Source: a virus (lineage: Duplodnaviria > Heunggongvirae > Uroviricota > Caudoviricetes). Taken from it: 64,000 nt of DNA. The position numbers and the translations under genes were made by a program. Positions 30,034-39,435 of this stretch are shown piece after piece; the stretch's first letter is position 1; each line of letters begins with the position of its first letter. The DNA is taken from the IMG/VR virus record IMGVR_UViG_3300028797_000097; one strand, written 5' to 3'. The notes under the pieces were generated by a model, which saw nothing but the letters and a program-made list of their open reading frames with translations, was not told the origin of the DNA and searched no databases.

Positions 30034-30414
30034 TTATTCCTTAATATGTAATAACATTGTTTCAGGGACATTATAGACTATATATCCTGGTGGATTAGTT
30101 TTATTTCCCTTAATAATTTTTAGTGTAAATAAATTTATACTATTTATTGGATCTGACTGACCAATTATTTGATAAATACATTCATCGCCATTTACATTAC
30201 TTGTAACTTTATCATTTACTTCAAATGGACGATATGTTTCTTCAATTTCTACCCCATTAGTAGATTTTTCAATATTTTCGGAATTTATAGTTTTTGCATT
30301 CTTAACGGCAACAGTAAGATCACGTGCAATCCATTCAGGACAGTTCTTACTACTTACTACTTTTTTAATTCCATTTAATAAAATATTTAGTTGTTCTTTA
30401 CGTATATCTTCCAT
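30034..30414 (-). CDS. Hypothetical protein
   Basis: 126 aa ORF; C-terminal SH3-like beta pattern. Confidence 0.5.
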   Translation of the reverse strand: MEDIRKEQLNILLNGIKKVVSSKNCPEWIARDLTVAVKNAKTINSENIEKSTNGVEIEETYRPFEVNDKVTSNVNGDECIYQIIGQSDPINSINLFTLKIIKGNKTNPPGYIVYNVPETMLLHIKE

Positions 30415-31001
30415 TAGTCACTACTCAAATTGTCTTCATCTTTAAATAATATCTTTAGAATATGAAGCTCCTTTTTAAACTTCTGTAAACAGTCAGATAT
30501 TGTTTTGTCAAAGTCATTAAGATGAGTACTAATTTGTCTTGCGACACGGCCCGCACTAGCAGCTCTGGTTGGCGGATAGTTATATGATTCAAAGCCCTTC
30601 ATGAAATCTGCACTTGGTTTTGATAAATCAGGAAGTTCTTTCTTAAAAATTTTTGCATAAAGTGTCCAACATGCATTTTCGAAACTTTCGATAGTATTAG
30701 CAAGTTCGACGCCTTCACGTAATTTACGTTTTTTCTTCTTTTTCTTCTTTTTCTTTGGAATCTGATTTAACCAATATCCAGGGTGATGAGCATCAGGAAC
30801 GCCTTTATAAAGTGGATTAACACTAAATGGAGAGCGTTGATATAATAATCCCATACGTTGAGGACAGCAACCTTTGCAGTCACCGCCATGTGGAATACCT
30901 TGATCAGCACCAAGCGGAGCACCAACACCGATTCCAAAATCCTCGTCTAAAACCTTATATCCGTTTTTCTTAAGAACTTCTACAGCTTCTTCTAAAGTCA
31001 T
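30414..31001 (-). CDS. Putative head protein carrying a copy of the major capsid protein N-arm and a poly-Lys tract
   Basis: EDFGIGVGAPLGADQGIPHGGDCKG vs gp23 EDFTQGVGAPLGLDQGIPHGGDAKG; KKKKKKKKKRK tract. Confidence 0.7.
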   Translation of the reverse strand: MTLEEAVEVLKKNGYKVLDEDFGIGVGAPLGADQGIPHGGDCKGCCPQRMGLLYQRSPFSVNPLYKGVPDAHHPGYWLNQIPKKKKKKKKKRKLREGVELANTIESFENACWTLYAKIFKKELPDLSKPSADFMKGFESYNYPPTRAASAGRVARQISTHLNDFDKTISDCLQKFKKELHILKILFKDEDNLSSD

Positions 31002-31007
31002 AAAAAC

Positions 31008-31502
31008 CTAGCTAATCTTTAAATTATACTTATTATTTATATCAGTTACGTAAGAATTCCATTTATTTCCATGCGCATAGTTCTCTAAATACAGAATTTT
31101 ATTGAATAAATCTGTATTTTCTTTATTATATGCATCAAAAGCTGCAGCGATTTCGCCACCAGTAAGTTCAAGGAATATCTTATAATGTAACATTTCATGA
31201 AGCATTGTTCTTTCTAAAGCTTCATAAGGTCTTTTATGAGTTTTGGAGATTTCAATCCTTGGATTCTTTAAAATTTTATTTTCAAAGTCAATATCAAATT
31301 TGAAATAACCATTGACTTCAGAACTATCGATGATATTGACTGGAATTTTAATCAAAGAATTATCAAAATACATGTTATTACATGCATCAAAAATTTTGCT
31401 TAAATATTTTTCAGTCAATTCAAAATGTTTACTAAAAAGATTCATAATCTCGCCATGATGATTTAAGGAAATCTGTTCTATCCTTTGTAAATGTTTTGCC
31501 AT
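31008..31502 (-). CDS. SprT-like zinc metalloprotease domain protein
   Basis: FDACNNMYF, IEISK, TMLHEMLH, AHGNKW; true start may be the internal Met of MNLFSK. Confidence 0.7.
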   Translation of the reverse strand: MAKHLQRIEQISLNHHGEIMNLFSKHFELTEKYLSKIFDACNNMYFDNSLIKIPVNIIDSSEVNGYFKFDIDFENKILKNPRIEISKTHKRPYEALERTMLHEMLHYKIFLELTGGEIAAAFDAYNKENTDLFNKILYLENYAHGNKWNSYVTDINNKYNLKIS

Positions 31503-31695
31503 TAACGGTTACAGTTACAGTTCTCGAAGTAGATTCTACAACTTGAACTTTTACTGGACAACATGCTTTTACTTCAGGAATTTTTGTCCAATAATAGTAA
31601 CCATCTACTATATTAAACCCATACTTTTCTTTTTCGCTCTGATATAATCGTTCACATTCTGGACAACGTGGTTTTGGCGGAGGTGGAAAAAACAT
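31432..31695 (-). CDS. Small Cys-containing hypothetical protein
   Basis: 87 aa, CPEC and CC; coupled to neighbours. Confidence 0.5.
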   Translation of the reverse strand: MFFPPPPKPRCPECERLYQSEKEKYGFNIVDGYYYWTKIPEVKACCPVKVQVVESTSRTVTVTVNGKTFTKDRTDFLKSSWRDYESF

Positions 31696-31696
31696 A

Positions 31697-32236
31697 TTAA
31701 TGCTTCCTTAATATAGTGTCTAACTCACTGTTTAACTGTCTGACAACATATTGTTTAGAGATTATCTCGGAATTTAAAAGATAGTTTTGAATTCTCTTAT
31801 CTTTATATAAACCTTTAATCCAGTTGACAGAAGATAAACAATACATTTTTGGACGTAACCATTCTCTAAGCTTGAACATTAATAAATCAAGATTAGAAAT
31901 TGCGTTATGTTCTTCCTGGGTTTTCGGATTTCTTATCAATTTTCCATTACGGTCAATAAGACCTAATTTATAAGCCTTTGTTGTCGTTGGAATAGTTGTA
32001 ATAGATTTAAGAAAAACAAAAACAAGAACATTATCAATGTCCCTATTATGTGTACTTAGGTTTATTTTCTTATTATGAGTTTTTAAAGAATATAGTGTTT
32101 CACGTGCTTCTGTTAATATTCCATTTGCTTCAAAATAAGCAGACATGGTTTCGGCATTGTTTACTAAACGCTGTAAACCAGAAACACTATTTTTATCTTC
32201 TAAGGCGTAAAAAAATCTTTCCCAGAGTTTTTCCAT
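31697..32236 (-). CDS. Conserved T4-superfamily hypothetical protein
   Basis: TKAYKLGLIDRNGKLIR...LDLLMFKLREWL pattern; late promoter 32241-32248. Confidence 0.6.
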   Translation of the reverse strand: MEKLWERFFYALEDKNSVSGLQRLVNNAETMSAYFEANGILTEARETLYSLKTHNKKINLSTHNRDIDNVLVFVFLKSITTIPTTTKAYKLGLIDRNGKLIRNPKTQEEHNAISNLDLLMFKLREWLRPKMYCLSSVNWIKGLYKDKRIQNYLLNSEIISKQYVVRQLNSELDTILRKH

Positions 32237-32251
32237 ACAATATTTATAGCT

Positions 32252-33112
32252 TTAATGACACCATTCAGTCTCATTGATAGAATTTCCATCATCGATTATT
32301 TCATCACAATTATAATGATATGAACAAGATTCTTGTTTAGGTCTATACATTCTTTGTGTTCCTAAATATGGATCTTGTTGTGTAGAAGATGAAATTTCTG
32401 TTTTAACTTCCATCGGTGTTCCGTCAATATCTGCACCTTGTTTAGTACTTTTTACAGTTTTATGAGTAATCGGGTCAGTTCTGACGTCACCAAAACTTTT
32501 CTTAGATTCTGATTTCAAAAAATTGTTATATTTCTCAGAAATAGAATCTGCAATCTTCTTCATCATACTTCTAATATTTAACATATTATGAAGTTTTGTA
32601 TTTGGGTCATCTTTTAAAGTTCTTTGATGAGCAATCATACATGTAGAATCACTACAGTATTTTTCATAACCTCTAATAACACTTATGAACGTCGTTTCTT
32701 TATGACATGTTGGACAATATCCTTCATCTTCTTTTCTGACATAAGTATCATAATAGAGTTTTGGATTATAGATATTATGCTCTTTTTTCAAGTGATTATT
32801 AAACTTTTTTGATGCCGCATTAGCAGAATCGGCAGAAATCATCATATCACAGATTTCACACTTTAATTCTGTATATTCTTGTTGTTTTGGCGCTTTATTA
32901 CTACAAGTTGTAGAACAATATTCTGCATAACCTTTATTTAAACCATTATAAGTGGTCGGTTTTCCACAGATTTTACAGATTCCTTCACCTTCTTTCTTAA
33001 GAAACTTGTCATAATACTCTTGCATGCCCAATTTATGGTCATTTTTGATATGAAGAGCAAAAGACATAGCGTCTTCATAGGTTCTTCCACATATTTTACA
33101 TTCGTAACTCAT
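32252..33112 (-). CDS. Tandem zinc-finger repeat protein
   Basis: Two units of CxxC...HxxxxH...YYDxxxxxExxGxCxxC...GYxxYCSxxC. Confidence 0.7.
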   Translation of the reverse strand: MSYECKICGRTYEDAMSFALHIKNDHKLGMQEYYDKFLKKEGEGICKICGKPTTYNGLNKGYAEYCSTTCSNKAPKQQEYTELKCEICDMMISADSANAASKKFNNHLKKEHNIYNPKLYYDTYVRKEDEGYCPTCHKETTFISVIRGYEKYCSDSTCMIAHQRTLKDDPNTKLHNMLNIRSMMKKIADSISEKYNNFLKSESKKSFGDVRTDPITHKTVKSTKQGADIDGTPMEVKTEISSSTQQDPYLGTQRMYRPKQESCSYHYNCDEIIDDGNSINETEWCH

Positions 33113-33119
33113 CGTTAAA

Positions 33120-33131
33120 TATTTATAAATA
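33120..33131. promoter_or_regulatory. Palindromic bidirectional late promoter TATTTATAAATA
   Basis: Between ORF 33112 (-) and ORF 33161 (+). Confidence 0.75.
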
Positions 33132-33160
33132 ATATAAAATCAATAATAAGGTTTAAAAAT

Positions 33161-36100
33161 ATGGCTGAAATTGGAAATAAGTTTATTTTTACTACAGAAG
33201 GTCGTACTTCATTAGTTGCCCAGCTAGGTGGTATACGATTTTCAGTTTTAGGTGCAGTTTTAATTCAGGGTCTTAAACCAGTTGAAGTACCAGAAGATAA
33301 AAAAGATACTACTTTTGAAGATGCTTTCAAAAATTTGACATTAGAAAGTCTTTCACTTGATAATGGTGTTGTATTAGGTTTAAAAAATGTTGATTATAGT
33401 GCATTAGGTAATCAAAAGATTTATCCAGTAGCACTTGATAGTTATCAGAGTGCAGTTAATAATATTACACAGAATTTAATTCCTTTGCATTATGTTCCAG
33501 CACAGGAAGTAGAAGATACGATTGGAAATGTTTATGGTATCTATGAATTAGATGTTGACCAAACATTATTATCTTGTAATTTTGTCGGTGATGATTCTGA
33601 TGTTTCTTTTGCACATATTGGTCTTATTGGTAAGCAATATACACAGACTGATGATGCAACATATAATGTTGATCACACGCAAAAACCAATATTAGTTGGT
33701 ATTGCTCAGTTAGATGGTGATTATGACGAAGAAACAAATGTTTATGAAGGTGGTATTCAACTTCTTGCCGAACAAAATCAGTATGTCAATATCAAATTAA
33801 AGCTTCGTTTTACATTAGACGAGCGTGATCGTGATATTGCTCTTGCTATTAATACTGAAGATCCAGATACTAGGGCAGTTTTAGCTATTTCTGATAAACT
33901 TTCTTTAGTTAATAATGGTCTTAAGACCAAGGCAAAGGAAGGTGTCAAAGTCGCAGCTGATAAGAGTATTATTGAAAATTTCAACCTCAATAAGGAAGGT
34001 GCATTAGCAACAGATAAGACTTTAATGGTTGCTGAAACATATAATGCTGATGAACTTGAAAATGAATGGAATGGTGTTGGTTTGATTCATCTTATTAACC
34101 GTGAAAATCAGGAAGATGATGATGAAAATCCATATACTCCGCAAGTTGTTTTATCTACAATAGAACATTATGAAAACTTGGAGACTGAACCAGTCGTAAG
34201 TTATAACGTCATGATGTTATTGCAAGGTAAAGGCAAAGACGTTCCAACAATAAATCTCGAATCTAAATATGAAGACATTGTTGCAGAAGCTAATGAAGCA
34301 ATGGGTCAAGAAACAACTGGTGTTGCATATCAAGAACAATATTTTAAAATTAATGGCACTGAATGCCCAAAATTTGTAATGTCAACAAAACCAGAATATG
34401 ATAATATTGCAGTAGACATATTTGGTTTAAATAATAATATACTTGATGATGGTAATCCAGATAAATTTTTATTTACGAAAAATAATGTTTCTCATGTAAA
34501 TGACATTAATGCTAAATTAGATGAAAATATTATTATTGGTGGTAATAACAATCTTGTTGAGGCAAGACATTCAAATGCATTAATTAATTCATGGTATAAT
34601 GTTACTCGTAATGAATGTGAAGACAATACTATAATAAATTCAGATTCTAATATACTTCAAAAATTTACTGATACTTGCGTTGTTTTAAATTCAAATTATA
34701 ATACATTTAATATAAATGCACTTTTACCAGATTATGAATTTGATTGGTGGTATGATAATATAAGACTTACTACAGTTATAAATTCTTCTGAGAATAATAT
34801 TCACAAAGTAAAAAAAGCAGTATTATTGAATGCTAATAATAACTTAATTAATGCAGGTGTAGGTTGTATCGGTGAAGGATGTGAACCATCAGAAAATATT
34901 AGTATAATTGGTGGTGAATATAATTCTGTATATAATTGTAATAATTTATACATATTAGGTTCTTATCATCGTGTATTCATGGATAATACTGATTTTGAAG
35001 ATGGAATTAATAAGAGAACATTAATATTAGGTCAAAATAGTGACTGGAATTGGTCAACTATGCGCAATTGGAAGTCCAGACCAGGTATTATCTATGGTAA
35101 TGGTAATGAAAATGGTAGTAATGAAAGAAATGCATTAGAATTCTTCCCAGATGAAGGATTGTTAAAACTTTATGATAAGTCTGGTAATTCTACTGTAACT
35201 ATTGGTGGCGATGTTGGTATTAAGGTTGATAATACTACTAACTTTAATATGGACATGAAGTCTTTGAATTTAACAGATAAACTTTTACTTTCAAAGGGTA
35301 ATAAGTCAATAACATTATCAACTGTTGATACAGAAAATATTGTCGTATCGGATGGTGATAGTCAAAACACACTTAAATATAAATCTAGTAATAATATATT
35401 GACTCTTAATGGTCATGGATATGAAGGTAATTACTCTAATAGTTATTTAAATTTTAAATGGAATTCTTATACAGCACAGATTGATCCTAGTGAATTTAGA
35501 ATTGACTCTCAGGTTAATACTACACCTAATAGAATGTCAATAACAGATACAGGACTTGTTATTAGTAAAAGTAATAAGCCAGTAGTTACAATTAATAATG
35601 ACACTTATTATCAAAAAGCAAGAGTAGATATTTTATGTGGTATATTATATGGTGTAAGTAACATAATAAATGCAAAAGTTACATATTATAAAGGTCCAGC
35701 TGAGTTAGGAGCCTGGTTCCGTACTCTTTGGGAGTCTGCACCGCCTATTGCATGGTGTGATGATGACGATGATAAAAAACCAAGACCTAATGAAGCTATT
35801 TATTGTTGTAAATATAATGGTGATTGGAAAGCATATAGACTTGACGAAAATGATACAGGTAGTTATACAAATAAAATAGCATGGTCTGTTTTTGAAACTT
35901 TAGTAGCAAATAATACTAATAATTATAGTCATCCATATAAATGGAATAATGATAATAGCAAATTCTTCTATATGATAAGCACATTACCAGAAATTACAAG
36001 AACAGTAGATGAAATCGAAATTAATTTATATATTGATGATATAGTAGGTATGAATATTGGTTTATTATGGAATTTGCAGCCATATAATTCTTGGGCAGAT

Positions 36101-36376
36101 TCTTATGGACCAATGGTTAAATTAAATGTTATTTTGTCAAATGGTTTATTTGGTAATGGCGAAGGCGAAGATTTCTATTATTGGAAATGTTTTAATGCAA
36201 CTTCTAAAAGTTCATCAGATAGTCCAACTGAAATGGATTATGAAAGAATAAGCTTAACATATGATAAGCCATTAACTTTAGTATCAAGACCATTATATAC
36301 TTCTGTTGGAACACCTACAACAAATATTGGTCCAGCTAATAAAATGTGGGGTTGGTATAGATATTATGGTTATTAA
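33161..36376 (+). CDS. Tail fibre-like protein
   Basis: 1071 aa; N-terminal FTTEGRTSL fibre-attachment-like start; central N-rich beta-roll repeats (LINSWYN, IINSDSN, VLNSNYN, VINSSEN). Confidence 0.55.
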   Translation: MAEIGNKFIFTTEGRTSLVAQLGGIRFSVLGAVLIQGLKPVEVPEDKKDTTFEDAFKNLTLESLSLDNGVVLGLKNVDYSALGNQKIYPVALDSYQSAVNNITQNLIPLHYVPAQEVEDTIGNVYGIYELDVDQTLLSCNFVGDDSDVSFAHIGLIGKQYTQTDDATYNVDHTQKPILVGIAQLDGDYDEETNVYEGGIQLLAEQNQYVNIKLKLRFTLDERDRDIALAINTEDPDTRAVLAISDKLSLVNNGLKTKAKEGVKVAADKSIIENFNLNKEGALATDKTLMVAETYNADELENEWNGVGLIHLINRENQEDDDENPYTPQVVLSTIEHYENLETEPVVSYNVMMLLQGKGKDVPTINLESKYEDIVAEANEAMGQETTGVAYQEQYFKINGTECPKFVMSTKPEYDNIAVDIFGLNNNILDDGNPDKFLFTKNNVSHVNDINAKLDENIIIGGNNNLVEARHSNALINSWYNVTRNECEDNTIINSDSNILQKFTDTCVVLNSNYNTFNINALLPDYEFDWWYDNIRLTTVINSSENNIHKVKKAVLLNANNNLINAGVGCIGEGCEPSENISIIGGEYNSVYNCNNLYILGSYHRVFMDNTDFEDGINKRTLILGQNSDWNWSTMRNWKSRPGIIYGNGNENGSNERNALEFFPDEGLLKLYDKSGNSTVTIGGDVGIKVDNTTNFNMDMKSLNLTDKLLLSKGNKSITLSTVDTENIVVSDGDSQNTLKYKSSNNILTLNGHGYEGNYSNSYLNFKWNSYTAQIDPSEFRIDSQVNTTPNRMSITDTGLVISKSNKPVVTINNDTYYQKARVDILCGILYGVSNIINAKVTYYKGPAELGAWFRTLWESAPPIAWCDDDDDKKPRPNEAIYCCKYNGDWKAYRLDENDTGSYTNKIAWSVFETLVANNTNNYSHPYKWNNDNSKFFYMISTLPEITRTVDEIEINLYIDDIVGMNIGLLWNLQPYNSWADSYGPMVKLNVILSNGLFGNGEGEDFYYWKCFNATSKSSSDSPTEMDYERISLTYDKPLTLVSRPLYTSVGTPTTNIGPANKMWGWYRYYGY

Positions 36377-36393
36377 TAAATAAACAAAAAATT

Positions 36394-36422
36394 AAAACCT
36401 TATACATTACGTATAAGGTTTT
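36394..36422. terminator. Bidirectional terminator
   Basis: AAAACCTTATAC-5-GTATAAGGTTTT. Confidence 0.8.
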
Positions 36423-36444
36423 TTATTTTATATTTTTTAAGATT

Positions 36445-39315
36445 TTAGTTCATTTTATATTTTACATTAATTTTATTGAAGAGAACTGGTAATTCCATAT
36501 CAGTACTGAAATTTACAATATTATTATTGTCGTCCAAGATAGAATCACAAATACCTGGCTTAATTAATGGATAAATATCCATAATTAATTTTGTAGCAGC
36601 TTCCCATTCTTGAGAATCATAATCAGTAGATTCATTAATTGCTTCTCTACCAGCATCTGTATTTTTATATGGACTTAATATCATATTAGGAACTACGTAA
36701 TTCCAGAAGCTATCTTCAGAAATCGATCTACTTTGTGGGCTATTTAAGTTACCCCTACGTAAAATAGTTTCATCCCTGATAGTAAATTCTGCATTTCCAA
36801 GCGCATTAATTAATATATCTATTTTATATGGTAATTCTATTGCTCTTTGAACACTTGTAATTTCTTGCAATTGATGTGTTTGATCAGATAACCAATATTT
36901 AAGTAAGAATACTACAAGTTCAAAATCATTAAGCGAAAGTTTATAGTCACCAATATTATTTTCAGAAAGATTAGATGTAGATTCATAATCTTCATCAGTT
37001 TTAGTGATAATTTCTAATTCAATAACACCATCTTCTGTAGCATTTCTTATTTCAGCATCAGAACTAGCACTTAAATCTACAGCAGTTGTACCAGCATTAC
37101 GATAGAAATCCATAGTTCCTTCACGTTGAAGTGTTAATGGATATAAGTAAATATATTTATCATCAGATGATGTTTCACAAACAATATCATATGTTTGTTG
37201 ATTTACATTATAACTAGGACTTGAAGGATTATGATTACTATCTACAAATTTAATTTTAAATGTTACATTTCGTTCTCTAAAGATTGCTTCATTTATGCTA
37301 TTACCATTTTGGTCAACTTTAGAAATTTGAATAGCATTCCACCAACCACTTCCGTATCTTTCATTAACTTGATAATCATATTTAACAGCAGAACGTGCAG
37401 CAGCATAAGAATTTAAATCGTAATCTTGTATAATACGGAAATCACTATTATACAAGTCATTCCATTTAAATCTCATTGTTGGAGATTTAATCATGCTAGA
37501 AATCTTAAAGTCAATATCTACAGCTTTAGTTCTATCATTCTTATTATATAAGTCAATAATTTCAGATTTATAAATACGTCTATCAGATGCAAGTTTTTGA
37601 TCAAGATATTCGTAAACCTTATTTTGCATTTCTTTAGTATAAGCTTCAATATCAGTTAATGGATCAACGTAGACTGTTCCAACAGCATCAAAATATTGAA
37701 CAAATGGAACCATTGGAAGTAAGATACTATTAACTTCAATTTTATGCTTACAGTTATCATAGATTAGTCTTACATTCTTAAGCCATTGTTCATCCGCTTC
37801 AGATTTGAATATCTTATTATAATATCCTTCATAAGAGTAAAGCATTTTAATAAAGTCACAAATATGGTCCAAATACTTATCACCATAAATTGTAACAGCA
37901 TCATTATTTTCATCATGACCAGTTAATAAGTTAACTGGTGCCCAGTTTCCGTTATTTTTCTTATAGAGATGTCCAAGAATTGAGTAGAAAATATTATTCT
38001 GAATAAGTTTGTGAACAATATTTTGTGGTAATTTCTGTTGAACTTCTTGCTGACCATAAACAAGTGCATTTTGAACAGTTATTGGGCTAGTCAAGCCTCT
38101 AAAGTAAGAAGTATAGTCATCTTTAGTAACAAGCTTTCCGCAAGAAGAGAAGTATGCAGGAGCATTAATCTTGATACTATCCTGTGTTTCAAAGAATTCA
38201 CCACCGTAAATATCAGAATTAATAATGAACTGAACGTTGTTAGTTACGTCAATAACATTACCATCAACAGAAACATTGATTTGATTATTGTGGGACATAA
38301 CAGAACCTTTAACACCAGTTACATTACATTCTTTACCCTTAGTGGCAATATACTTAACATAGATATTATCATTATAAGATTTCAAACCAATATCACAGAT
38401 TTTTGGTTCTGTGCTAAAGCTTAATCTAACAGTTTTATCGGAATTAGTATCAATAAGACAGATTTTGAATTTATTATCTCTTGGTTTATCTGCTGGCCAG
38501 TTTACAACTTCTTCATTTAAGTGAATTGCTTGTGTTTCAATAGTAAAGAGGTTATCCTTTTCCATTGCGGTATCAAGATCAGGCCCGATACCGACTTTAC
38601 ACCAGCTTAAATCTTTATAGAAAGTATTATTTTTGTAACCATACGGGTCACGCTTACCATACCAGTCAGAAAAGTCAAGGTCATTAATATCATAGAACTG
38701 GTTAGTCTCGCCAATTTTATCCATATTTGCAGTTCCAAGGATTTCTATAGTTTTTCTTTCACCTTGGAAGCACTTAATAGGAGTAGTATACTTTGTATCG
38801 TAATAAGAAATACCAGCTAATGGAATATAGACTGCTTTTTCATTAGGAACAGAGAAATAAAGTTCCTTAACCCAGTCATTAGATTGACCGTTAATAACGT
38901 CGTCTTGAGTTAATTTATAGCTATATCCACTGTCAAGAATATATTTATTACCATTGAAAGATAAATCCATATTTTCTTGGCTAAAGAAGATTTCTGTTCC
39001 AGCTTTAATTCCTTCTGGGAGTGGTCCTTTTAATCTGATTATAAGTTCACATCTTGCTGGAATTGCTCTTCTAGGGTTATAACCAAGACCTTTAGCATGC
39101 TTGATAACACTAGAATCTAATCGAGCAGTGGAAATAAACGATTCTTCTGCAGTTCTCTGTAAATAAAAGTTTGTCATATCCATACATGCACAAAGCATTT
39201 CCTGGAACATGCCATAAATTGTAGCAGAACCGATATTCTTAAATCGCGGGTCAGAATTTAATCTAGCTCTGAAATCTTGTAGGAGCTGTTCGTAAGTTAC
39301 ATTTAAATAATTCAT
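36445..39315 (-). CDS. gp6: Baseplate wedge subunit (T4 gp6-like)
   Basis: EESFISTARLDSSVIKHAKGLGYNP, YIATKG, ETQDSIKINAPAYFSSCGKLVTKDDY. Confidence 0.9.
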   Translation of the reverse strand: MNYLNVTYEQLLQDFRARLNSDPRFKNIGSATIYGMFQEMLCACMDMTNFYLQRTAEESFISTARLDSSVIKHAKGLGYNPRRAIPARCELIIRLKGPLPEGIKAGTEIFFSQENMDLSFNGNKYILDSGYSYKLTQDDVINGQSNDWVKELYFSVPNEKAVYIPLAGISYYDTKYTTPIKCFQGERKTIEILGTANMDKIGETNQFYDINDLDFSDWYGKRDPYGYKNNTFYKDLSWCKVGIGPDLDTAMEKDNLFTIETQAIHLNEEVVNWPADKPRDNKFKICLIDTNSDKTVRLSFSTEPKICDIGLKSYNDNIYVKYIATKGKECNVTGVKGSVMSHNNQINVSVDGNVIDVTNNVQFIINSDIYGGEFFETQDSIKINAPAYFSSCGKLVTKDDYTSYFRGLTSPITVQNALVYGQQEVQQKLPQNIVHKLIQNNIFYSILGHLYKKNNGNWAPVNLLTGHDENNDAVTIYGDKYLDHICDFIKMLYSYEGYYNKIFKSEADEQWLKNVRLIYDNCKHKIEVNSILLPMVPFVQYFDAVGTVYVDPLTDIEAYTKEMQNKVYEYLDQKLASDRRIYKSEIIDLYNKNDRTKAVDIDFKISSMIKSPTMRFKWNDLYNSDFRIIQDYDLNSYAAARSAVKYDYQVNERYGSGWWNAIQISKVDQNGNSINEAIFRERNVTFKIKFVDSNHNPSSPSYNVNQQTYDIVCETSSDDKYIYLYPLTLQREGTMDFYRNAGTTAVDLSASSDAEIRNATEDGVIELEIITKTDEDYESTSNLSENNIGDYKLSLNDFELVVFLLKYWLSDQTHQLQEITSVQRAIELPYKIDILINALGNAEFTIRDETILRRGNLNSPQSRSISEDSFWNYVVPNMILSPYKNTDAGREAINESTDYDSQEWEAATKLIMDIYPLIKPGICDSILDDNNNIVNFSTDMELPVLFNKINVKYKMN

Positions 39316-39435
39316 GTGATTCTAAACCTTTCTAAACTTTTATATTATTTATAATCTTTAGAAGCCTTCGGAGAAATTTTTAGGTAGTCACATTATAAAT
39401 AATACAAATAACAAATAATCTTAGAAGGAAAAACA

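Noticed and set aside
31432-31502. 71 bp overlap between the SprT-like ORF and its upstream ORF
   Set aside because: Probably an over-extended start call; a downstream Met (MNLFSK) reduces it to a short overlap.
39354-39393. TTCG-containing segment between the gp6 and gp20 promoters
   Set aside because: Stem too short to support a structured element.
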